Source of the DNA: Bacillota bacterium
Lineage (GTDB): Bacteria; Bacillota; Bacilli; Alicyclobacillales; SLC66
DNA length: 64,000 nt
NCBI GenBank assembly: GCA_021820975.1
Contig: JAKADA010000008.1
Location: 2,621 to 66,620 of the forward strand
Direction of reading: 5' to 3'
Below are positions 52,218-59,415 of this stretch, in pieces. The position numbers and the translations under genes were made by a program. The stretch's first letter is position 1, and every line of letters begins with the position of its first letter. The notes below the pieces were generated by a model. The model was not told where the DNA came from. It did not search any database and saw only the letters and a list, made by a program, of their open reading frames with translations.

Positions 52218-53225
52218 TTAGCGGCCTGTCATCGCTTTATTTCGAGCGGGGTATAGGATAATCTGTGGCTTTTTCTCCCAACGACGTAATGACGGATAAG
52301 GATCGAAGGCCCACTCTTGCATACCTGTGTCACGATAGATTCCAAAATGTAGATGGGGGGGGAATTTACCTGATGTGCCAGGCTTTCCATAACCGCTACT
52401 CCCTACATAACCAATAACTTGCCCAGGGCGTACAATCACACCTTGCTTGATACCTTTGGCGTACGCTGATAAATGGGCGTAATAAAAATACATATTGTCG
52501 GCTGATCGTAACCCCACACGCCATCCGCCTAAACGGTTCCATCCAATCAATTCAACGTAGCCATAACAAGTGCTCAAAACTGGCGTTCCATAGCCAGCAA
52601 AGATATCCGTTCCCTCGTGAATCCGTCGTCCTCCGAAATTTCTCCCTTCGCCCCATGTATCACGAAAGGAATAACTATATTTCTTGTGTACAGGAAAACA
52701 ACGATCTGTTAATTGTGCTGAAGCAAACTTTGTGTAAACGTGTGATAACGCCAAAATGCGTTCGACGGCAAGCGTATTGTTGAAATGGTTCCATAAGACG
52801 TTGGATTGTTCTTGCTCCGTGCTACCGCCTTGACGAAGCCAATGGGCCATCGCTGCACTACGATCATAGGGATTATCCTGATCTGCTGTTCTATCATGAT
52901 CTCCATCAAGACCGCGACCTTCGAAAAGTGCAATGCGCGATGGGTTTTTATCATCCATAACTGGATTTAAAAGACCTTGCCATTCATAAGGTGTAAAACG
53001 AAAACCTATCTTTTCGAAAGGCATGTGCTTAGTGCGCGTAATGCCTACAGGTGGTTTCGTTGTTCCACCGTACGTATCTAGTGCAGCTAAAAGAGACCAT
53101 GGTACGTGATAATGATGAGCAGCCTGCATGTACCATGCGGGAATCGGCGTTTGAACAGGTTTGGTTGGTAACGGTGAAGTAGTCGTCATCGCGAGCAAAG
53201 TAATAGCAACCATGGCGTAATTCAT
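52218..53225 (-). CDS. Secreted M23-family metallopeptidase
   Basis: HEGTDIFA and PHLHFGIY zinc motifs; signal peptide from ATG 53225. Confidence 0.85.
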   Translation of the reverse strand: MNYAMVAITLLAMTTTSPLPTKPVQTPIPAWYMQAAHHYHVPWSLLAALDTYGGTTKPPVGITRTKHMPFEKIGFRFTPYEWQGLLNPVMDDKNPSRIALFEGRGLDGDHDRTADQDNPYDRSAAMAHWLRQGGSTEQEQSNVLWNHFNNTLAVERILALSHVYTKFASAQLTDRCFPVHKKYSYSFRDTWGEGRNFGGRRIHEGTDIFAGYGTPVLSTCYGYVELIGWNRLGGWRVGLRSADNMYFYYAHLSAYAKGIKQGVIVRPGQVIGYVGSSGYGKPGTSGKFPPHLHFGIYRDTGMQEWAFDPYPSLRRWEKKPQIILYPARNKAMTGR

Positions 53226-53373
53226 GATAGAAGCATTCACCTCACACATTGCGAATGCTTCTAGTGTGTATGGAACCAAAGATATTTACACATCCAGCTT
53301 TTAACGGTGCATACCAAAAGTGATGGGGGAGAAACTATGGTCGGTTTCACTACAACTATGCGGAGGCGATGAT

Positions 53374-53910
53374 ATGCAACAACAAGTTCAACAAAGTGTG
53401 CAACGTGCCATAAATCTGTGCCAGCAAGCCTTGCAAGAACTGCAGATGGTATCACAACAAGTACAAAGTAACGCTAATTATGCTTATGCATCTCAGGCAT
53501 CAACTTCTTCGTCCGGTATGAATCAATATGCTCCTTCTTATGGGGGCTACGGTTCTTATACAGGAGGGTATCAAGGAGGTTATTCATCGGGTGCAGTCAA
53601 TAATGTGATGTCAGCAGATCGCTATGTGGACCAGCAGGAATCAACGCCAAGTTACCACAATTACAATACTCAAACACCGAGTTACTCGGCATCACAAAGT
53701 GTGAACTACACGTCGCAGGTTAATCCAAGTACAGTTCAATCTGTCATGAGTGCTGATCGCTATGCAAGTCAAGATGGATCCATGATGCAAGGTATGCAAA
53801 GCATGCAAAATCCTCAAGGAGCACAAGGTGCACAAGGTGCACAAGGTGCACAAGGGTATAGCGGTGTTAATGCTGTCATGCAGGCGGATCGCACGAACAT
53901 GGCTTACTAA
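53374..53910 (+). CDS. Q/S/Y-rich low-complexity repeat protein
   Basis: ATG 53374 lies 7 nt after GGAGG. Three V-x-x-V-M-(S/Q)-ADR repeats and a (GAQ)4 tract. Confidence 0.6.
   Translation: MQQQVQQSVQRAINLCQQALQELQMVSQQVQSNANYAYASQASTSSSGMNQYAPSYGGYGSYTGGYQGGYSSGAVNNVMSADRYVDQQESTPSYHNYNTQTPSYSASQSVNYTSQVNPSTVQSVMSADRYASQDGSMMQGMQSMQNPQGAQGAQGAQGAQGYSGVNAVMQADRTNMAY
53818..53853 (+). repeat. 4 x 9-bp in-frame tandem repeat (GGWGCACAA)
   Basis: ggagcacaa ggtgcacaa ggtgcacaa ggtgcacaa, read directly; encodes GAQGAQGAQGAQ. Confidence 0.9.
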
Positions 53911-53924
53911 TAGTCATCTTAAAA

Positions 53925-53961
53925 GTAAGAAAGGCCCGCTATGAAAGCGGGCCTTTCTTAC
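53925..53961. terminator. Bidirectional terminator
   Basis: 15-bp stem GTAAGAAAGGCCCGC / GCGGGCCTTTCTTAC. Confidence 0.85.
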
Positions 53962-53973
53962 GAGTATATGGCT

Positions 53974-54858
53974 TTATCCGATTCTCATGAGACGCAAGCG
54001 ACGAATTCGCTCTTCTGTTGATGGATGTGTGCTAAACAATCCTGCAAGCTGCTGCCCACGTAAGGGATTAACGATATACATATGAGCCATGGCTGCAGCA
54101 GCAGTTGGCTGCTGACGAGTTGATCGATCGCGGGATGTTCCAAATCGCGGTGCATGATCAAGTTTTGCTAAGGCATCGGCGAGACCATCAGGATCAAGAG
54201 TCAAATGAGCTGCCCCGGCATCAGCTTTATATTCGCGGCTTCTCGAAATGGCTAACTGAATCATCGTCGCCGCAATCGGAGCAAGGATCATTAACGCTAG
54301 ATCAGCAATCCAGTTTTGATCGCGCCGATTGCCATTACCAACTTCGCCCCAAAACATGCCCCATTGTAACATCTGCGCTATCCATGTAATGGCACCTGCT
54401 AAGGTTGCAGCCATCGATGCAATTAAAATATCTCTGTGACGAATATGCGACATTTCATGAGCTAACACACCCGCCAATTCACGTTGTGTCAGCATTCGTA
54501 CCAACCCCTGATTGACTACGATAGCCGCATGCTGAGGGTTGCGACCTGTAGCAAATGCATTTGGTTGATCCGCTGGCGAGACATATAGCTTTGGCATCGG
54601 TAAGCCGGCGCGTGTAGCCAAGTGACGTACAAGTGTAAATAATTCAGGATGATCTTGTTCTGTAGCAGGTTTGGCTCCAACCATAGAAATAGCGATTTGA
54701 TCGCTAAAAAAGTAGCTGGCGCCATTCATAACGATACCTATTATAAGGGCGATCATTGCCCCGCCACGTCCTCCAATTACACCGCCGATCACAACTAACA
54801 GTACCGTGAGAATACCCATCAGGATCCATGTTTTTAATGAATTCAATGGAGACACCAT
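53974..54858 (-). CDS. htpX: Zinc metalloprotease HtpX (M48)
   Basis: HEMSHIRHRD motif and 4 TM segments; 294 aa. Confidence 0.9.
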   Translation of the reverse strand: MVSPLNSLKTWILMGILTVLLVVIGGVIGGRGGAMIALIIGIVMNGASYFFSDQIAISMVGAKPATEQDHPELFTLVRHLATRAGLPMPKLYVSPADQPNAFATGRNPQHAAIVVNQGLVRMLTQRELAGVLAHEMSHIRHRDILIASMAATLAGAITWIAQMLQWGMFWGEVGNGNRRDQNWIADLALMILAPIAATMIQLAISRSREYKADAGAAHLTLDPDGLADALAKLDHAPRFGTSRDRSTRQQPTAAAAMAHMYIVNPLRGQQLAGLFSTHPSTEERIRRLRLMRIG

Positions 54859-55010
54859 CCTTGCGACTAGGCGTTTTAGAAACCTGTCTTTATTATATCA
54901 CGGTAATGTCTTCACAAACGAATCGATAAAGACAGCACCAGTTATCGCCAAAATGTATACAATAAGTGCAGAAAGTACAGATGCAACAAAGAATTTATAG
55001 AATTCAATGG

Positions 55011-55039
55011 TTGCAAATTGAACTCGCTGGTCTTATACT
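55011..55039 (+). promoter_or_regulatory. SigA-type promoter TTGCAA-17-TATACT upstream of speH
   Basis: Hexamers at 55011-55016 and 55034-55039. Implies a leader of about 160 nt. Confidence 0.5.
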
Positions 55040-55206
55040 AACACTCGTACGTTTGGCAGTACACTTTTTTATGCAAAAAAATAGGAACCAGCATCCTCTT
55101 AAAGGGTTAGGACCTCACAGGACTAACTTTCCCCCGTGGTGGATGGCGCAGGTCCCGCCATGCTTGGGAGGGCATGGGATTTTGTGTAACAAAGGGGGAG
55201 TTTTAC

Positions 55207-55590
55207 ATGGATACAGCAGGACGTCATGTAATTGCTGAGTTATGGGAATGCAACGCAGATATTTTAAACGATCTCGATAGAATCGAACGCGTCATGGTGA
55301 CTGCTGCGCTTGAATCTGGCGCTGAAGTCCGAGAAGTAGCGTTTCATAAGTTTGCACCGCAGGGTGTGAGCGGGGTCGTTATTATCTCGGAATCTCATCT
55401 GACAATTCATAGTTTTCCTGAACATGGGTATGCCAGTATTGATGTTTATACGTGTGGCGATCGCATCGATCCGAATGTTGCTTGTGATTATATCACGAAG
55501 GCGCTGGGTGCTCGACAACGTGAATCCGTGGAATTTCCACGAGGTGTTGGGCCCATAAAAATCGGAGCGCAAGTAGTAGAAGTGTTGTAA
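55207..55590 (+). CDS. speH: S-adenosylmethionine decarboxylase proenzyme (Bacillus type)
   Basis: [11 protein letters not shown] ... [29 protein letters not shown] (E-S self-cleavage site). ATG 55207 follows GGGGGAG. Confidence 0.93.
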   Translation: MDTAGRHVIAELWECNADILNDLDRIERVMVTAALESGAEVREVAFHKFAPQGVSGVVIISESHLTIHSFPEHGYASIDVYTCGDRIDPNVACDYITKALGARQRESVEFPRGVGPIKIGAQVVEVL

Positions 55591-55612
55591 TGGTTACAAT
55601 GGAAATGTCATG

Positions 55613-55651
55613 AACAAGCTGCCTGCATGATAGTAGTGTAGGCAGCTTGTT
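55613..55651. terminator. Bidirectional terminator (speH / PepSY gene)
   Basis: 12-bp stem AACAAGCTGCCT / AGGCAGCTTGTT. Confidence 0.8.
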
Positions 55652-55658
55652 GTTTGTT

Positions 55659-56117
55659 CTACCAAATGTGGCGTGGTGGGAGATGCCTTTTTAGAGGCAT
55701 TTCTCGGGTGCTTAGAATTTTTTCGTTTCCTGCATCTACGACGACCAAATAGCGTGTGTTGTCCTTTGTCAGTAAAACGAGATACACGAGGTTGTTGTGT
55801 ACAGCATGCAGACCGACGTCCATAACGGTTGTACCGGGAAATTGTTTTTGTGCGACCAATTTTGCGGCATCAGGCGAAATCTTAGCATAGGGCTGCAGTA
55901 CAGCATTGTAGGCGTCGCGACCTGCTTTAGCAGCTTTTTGCGTGACATCTTGTGAAATTTGAATGGAGCTTTGTAAAGGGGCGTTTGCCGCTTTCTGAAA
56001 CGTCGGGTGAATGCCCTCATGTGCCATGCCGGAAGTCGGCGCGGCAAGTAAAGAAAATGCCACAAGGGCAGCCAGAATTCGTAGGGTATTCGATTTTGAT
56101 AATGCTCTTAAGTGCAT
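55659..56117 (-). CDS. Secreted PepSY-domain protein
   Basis: Signal peptide, then a C-terminal PepSY-like block (AKLVAQKQFPGTTVMDVGLHAVHNNLVYLVLL...VVVDAGNEKIL). Confidence 0.65.
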   Translation of the reverse strand: MHLRALSKSNTLRILAALVAFSLLAAPTSGMAHEGIHPTFQKAANAPLQSSIQISQDVTQKAAKAGRDAYNAVLQPYAKISPDAAKLVAQKQFPGTTVMDVGLHAVHNNLVYLVLLTKDNTRYLVVVDAGNEKILSTREMPLKRHLPPRHIW

Positions 56118-56211
56118 TGTGATCCTCCCATGTGTTCAGGTTCAGTCCATAGCATATCCAATACAACGAATTTAATGCAAAATATTCCCTATCAAAAAAA
56201 CGGTATAAAAC

Positions 56212-56240
56212 TTGCGATTTCGATCTGCTTCCTGTATACT
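56212..56240 (+). promoter_or_regulatory. Promoter TTGCGA-17-TATACT for the tRNA gene
   Basis: Hexamers at 56212-56217 and 56235-56240. Confidence 0.5.
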
Positions 56241-56302
56241 AGCGTTTGTCTGATTCGATTCAGACTGTAGTTCAATAGAACATACGTTGATTAAAAAATT
56301 AT

Positions 56303-56377
56303 GGGGAATTAGCTCAGCGGTAGAGCACTGCGCTGGCAGCGCAGGGGTCAGGGGTTCAAATCCCCTATTCTCCACCA
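56303..56377 (+). tRNA. tRNA-Ala (anticodon GGC), CCA encoded
   Basis: Cloverleaf read by hand: acceptor GGGGAAT/ATTCTCC with the G3:U70 alanine identity pair, anticodon loop CTGGCAG, T-arm AGGGG TTCAAAT CCCCT, 3' ACCA. Confidence 0.93.
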
Positions 56378-56726
56378 ACAAAGCGAAAAACGAACACCGT
56401 CTTTTTTTCATTTGGTTTTGCTGTGACCGTTTGGTTAGAGAGTGCAGGAACATCATGAAGATGTGGGGTTATTACCCTCATCTTTTTTTGTTATACTACC
56501 CATGAATTGATTGCATCCTGCTGACTGTACGATGCGAGTCGAGCGAATACCTTTCATTAAGGGAGATGACTTCCTTTGGTCGTCTCTCCCCGTTCATTCA
56601 TTATTTTTTGCTTTTTGGTCAAGTACTTTCGCGGCATATCCTCGCTTCGCTGCGGTATTCCACGGTTACTTGACCCTTTCAGGGGTTATCTGTTTTTCGT
56701 TAGATAAAGAATTCGGGGGGATTTTC

Positions 56727-57785
56727 TTGAAATATTTTAATCTTTTTTCTCGTTGTTACCTTGCAGGAACTCTGTTATTTGCGGGATTCATTGTGCCAAC
56801 AATTGCTGAGGCAGCCACCACCACCACACTCAACCTTACCTCTTCCCAGCGTATCGCCTACCCTAATGAGTCTGCGTTGATAGCGAATCTTGTAAAGGCG
56901 AATGATGCGATAGTAAATGCATTTTCAAGTAATCAATTGGATGCTAGTTTTTACACAAGACTCACAAATAGCTTGAATGCTATCCAGACTAGGTTAATGA
57001 GCGGCAAAGAGTTTTATCTAGTAACTCAATTACAAGCTGCGATCAAGGAGACAGGGGCTGTTTTAGCGAAAGATCCGGGTCAAAACTATGATATTCAGCA
57101 TGCGTATCAAGGTACGTTAGCAGTGTACAGTAATCTTCAAGAAGAAGCGAGTGCATTAACCACGTCAGGGGTATCTGGAGTGTCCAAGGGGAAGGTAACT
57201 AAAGCCACACAAACGTATCACTTTGAGGACGCTCAAATTATTGTAGACGGTAAACCTGTGGTAGTAAAGGCGGCTAAGTTTGTCTCTGGGGGTACGACAT
57301 TTGTAAGTTTGTATGACGCAGAGTTATTGATCCGTAATCTTACGGGGGATAAGCATGGTGCCCCAGTTGTGGATAGCAACGGTAATGTTCATCCTGTTGA
57401 GCATTGGAATGGTAAGACAAAGATTTGGGATATTGGTTGGGAGCATTCTGTAGGGAATACGATTGCACATTCTCATGGCAATGCTCAGTTTCAAATTGAC
57501 CAGACGACAGTTATTGATGCGCCAGTTATCATAACCAGACCTAAAGGTGATCCTCAACCTACAGTATTCGTACCGATCTGGTATGTCCAGCAAATTGTCG
57601 ACCAACTCATTTTCACAAATAGCACCACGGATGTATGGAAGGGTTCCTCGAAGCCAGCCAAGTGGGTAATTTCGTTCAATCGGAACCAACAGTATACGAC
57701 AAACCATGTAGGTATGGGGGTAAATGGTGGTGGGTCAGGTGGCGGGGGTCCTGTCCCAGGTTGGGGTAATTGGGGTAAGCTTTAA
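56727..57785 (+). CDS. Secreted protein with copper-amine-oxidase-N-terminal-like (stalk) repeats and a Gly/Trp-rich tail
   Basis: TTG 56727 after a GGGGGG RBS. Signal peptide ...PTIAEAAT. Two IxVDGKPV...F(V)...-type stalk repeats. Tail GGGSGGGGPVPGWGNWGKL. Confidence 0.6.
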   Translation: MKYFNLFSRCYLAGTLLFAGFIVPTIAEAATTTTLNLTSSQRIAYPNESALIANLVKANDAIVNAFSSNQLDASFYTRLTNSLNAIQTRLMSGKEFYLVTQLQAAIKETGAVLAKDPGQNYDIQHAYQGTLAVYSNLQEEASALTTSGVSGVSKGKVTKATQTYHFEDAQIIVDGKPVVVKAAKFVSGGTTFVSLYDAELLIRNLTGDKHGAPVVDSNGNVHPVEHWNGKTKIWDIGWEHSVGNTIAHSHGNAQFQIDQTTVIDAPVIITRPKGDPQPTVFVPIWYVQQIVDQLIFTNSTTDVWKGSSKPAKWVISFNRNQQYTTNHVGMGVNGGGSGGGGPVPGWGNWGKL

Positions 57786-57887
57786 ACTTTTCAATCTAAA
57801 CCTTTGTACCACTAACGCGTAGCATGCAACACTGTCAACTAGAAGTATTACAGTAAACATTTTTCCACAAAGTAAGGTTGTGCTCAA

Positions 57888-58195
57888 GTGAAAATAACCT
57901 CATACAAGGGTGTATCATCAAGGACAAGCAGAGGTGTCCTATCAAAAGCCAGGTATCTAATAGACAACGATCTTTTTGTAGTAAAGGCTAACTCCACTGG
58001 TAAGTTTAAATCCTTATGGCGAGTGGCGTATGAACCGTATTCCGAGGTAATGGCGTCAAGAATAGCGAATGTAGGTTGGATAGATCACGTACACTACACA
58101 TTAGAGGACGCAAAGTTTTTCCTGATATACAGGTTGGTGGAGTCAAGCATGTATCTGTGTGTAAAAACTATTTACTAATGGGTACAGTAGTGTAA
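57888..58195 (+). pseudogene. Frameshifted/truncated gene remnant (possible HipA-like kinase N-terminal fragment, tentative)
   Basis: The 96-aa ORF changes into a more protein-like frame (...FFPDIQVGGVKHVSVCKNYLLMGTVV*) at the T5 run 58116-58120. The combined length of about 103 aa is still short. Confidence 0.4.
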
Positions 58196-58304
58196 CACTA
58201 AGGCGTTTTGCTTTATCGAATGGGGTAAGGAACTCAGTGAGTTGGGCTTATGATCACTAAATACACTTTATTTCTTAGTCGATAGAAACACGAGATATTA
58301 TTTT

Positions 58305-58328
58305 AAAAAAGAGGAGGTTAGTCCTCTT
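58305..58328 (-). terminator. Terminator at the rep 3' end
   Basis: AAGAGGA ggttag TCCTCTT with flanking A/T runs; overlaps the rep stop codon. Confidence 0.65.
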
Positions 58329-59283
58329 TTTTCATCAGTTTATTGAATTCAGCTTTAGTTATAGGTGGCAGAAAATTTTGTTCATTAGGCCGAGAAAAAC
58401 ATTGCACTTTATGGATTCTGCGCTTTAAAGCCAGCCAAGTTGACATGTGTTCCTCTCTGATGGAGGGATATTGTTGTTCCAATGGCATGTTACTAATCAT
58501 ATAAACTGTACTATAACATGCTTGTCGGTTATTGTATCGGGCGGGTAGCTGGATAGGATAACCATCAAGATAGTTCAGCATGTCGCTAATTTTGATTTGG
58601 CTTCTAAACTCGTCAAACAACAACACATCTTGGCATTCATATTGATCAAAAGGATGGTCATAATCGGATACGCGGTACACGTTGCGGTAACCGTACTTTT
58701 CCATGACATGCCGCGTTTTGCCGCTTCCAGTTGAACCCCAAATATAGATAACTTCCAGATTACGAAAAGTGGTTTTAAACTGTTCTGCCTTAACCATTAA
58801 TCGGGCGCGATCTATTTTGTCCAAGTGGAGGATGTGTTCAGGTGTTTCCTCGATAATTTCAAAATTACTCATACCTGCTTTTACCATGTCGTACAAATCA
58901 GCCAAGTCGTTTCTGGCACCTTGACGCTCAACGGGCATTTCTCCGTGTTCTTCAAAGGTTCCGGGAATTGCCGTACCATGTTTTTGATCGTTTTCCCATT
59001 TGCCTGACTTCATAATGTAATCCCTGTTTTGTTCGGAAGTGCCCTTGGCGATTTCAAGGTGGGCTTCATTAAAACAGTTTTTAACCGTTGAAAAACGGAC
59101 AGCGGAAGAGAAGACCACATAGATATGTGAATGGTGTGTGGAACCTGATTCGTCGGCTATGCAGTAGTAAAGCGTAGATTTGAGACTGTCTAATGTAGCT
59201 CTGATTTTATCGTGGTCGAAACCGTGATCAAGTGGATTATTAATTGTGATTTGCCATTTTCTTGATTGGGTATCTTTTGCCAT
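58318..59283 (-). CDS. Rolling-circle Rep / relaxase-like protein: HUH endonuclease fused to an SF3 helicase
   Basis: Motif I WQITINNP, motif II HHSHIYVVF, motif III RDYIMKSGK (YxxK). Walker A GSTGSGKT, Walker B VLLFDEF, motif C MISNMP. AGGAGG RBS. Confidence 0.85.
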   Translation of the reverse strand: MAKDTQSRKWQITINNPLDHGFDHDKIRATLDSLKSTLYYCIADESGSTHHSHIYVVFSSAVRFSTVKNCFNEAHLEIAKGTSEQNRDYIMKSGKWENDQKHGTAIPGTFEEHGEMPVERQGARNDLADLYDMVKAGMSNFEIIEETPEHILHLDKIDRARLMVKAEQFKTTFRNLEVIYIWGSTGSGKTRHVMEKYGYRNVYRVSDYDHPFDQYECQDVLLFDEFRSQIKISDMLNYLDGYPIQLPARYNNRQACYSTVYMISNMPLEQQYPSIREEHMSTWLALKRRIHKVQCFSRPNEQNFLPPITKAEFNKLMKKED

Positions 59284-59302
59284 GTAATTTGAACCTCCTA
59301 TT

Positions 59303-59316
59303 ATGCGACATGCGAC
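59303..59316. repeat. Tandem heptamer ATGCGAC x2 (iteron-like), rep-proximal side of the hairpin
   Basis: Read directly at 59303-59309 and 59310-59316. Confidence 0.8.
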
Positions 59317-59319
59317 GTA

Positions 59320-59350
59320 AGTTGGCTAGGTAATACTGGTCTAGCCAACT
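59320..59350 (-). other. Origin-like stem-loop with nonanucleotide CAGTATTAC in the loop
   Basis: AGTTGGCTAG gtaatactggt CTAGCCAACT (10-bp perfect stem). The loop on the rep-sense strand reads ACCAGTATTAC. Confidence 0.75.
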
Positions 59351-59355
59351 GTCTG

Positions 59356-59369
59356 TCGCGCTTCGCGCT
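59356..59369. repeat. Tandem heptamer TCGCGCT x2, distal side of the hairpin
   Basis: Read directly at 59356-59362 and 59363-59369. Confidence 0.8.
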
Positions 59370-59415
59370 CCAGGGTCGGGACGGCTTTGGGCTGCGCCCC
59401 GCCGCCCTCCTCGAG

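Noticed and set aside
53818-53853. Tandem 9-bp repeats considered as a CRISPR or minisatellite locus.
   Set aside because: There are no spacers. The units are in-frame codon repeats (GAQ) within a coding region.
54806-55238. ORFs 54806-55000 and 54966-55238 in the htpX-speH intergenic region.
   Set aside because: They have no RBS and overlap the predicted speH promoter and leader. Their low-complexity translations have no motif.
56360-56377. The tRNA-Ala 3' end as the attachment site of the element or island.
   Set aside because: I found no direct repeat of the tRNA 3' segment near 58.2 kb or 63.7 kb by eye. Serine recombinases do not typically target tRNA genes.
56172-56505. ORFs 56172-56456 (-) and 56287-56505 (+) overlapping the tRNA gene.
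   Set aside because: They run through a hand-verified tRNA-Ala cloverleaf and have no RBS.
56511-56726. 72-codon N-terminal extension of the stalk-domain protein ORF.
   Set aside because: It has no start-proximal RBS and an implausible sequence. The TTG at 56727 follows a G-rich RBS and is followed directly by a signal peptide.
57853-57861. A second circovirus-like nonamer, AAGTATTAC, on the + strand upstream of the gene remnant.
   Set aside because: Only a 5-bp ACTGT/ACAGT complementarity flanks it, with no iterons and no adjacent Rep. The 8-mer AGTATTAC is expected about twice by chance in 128 kb of two-strand sequence.
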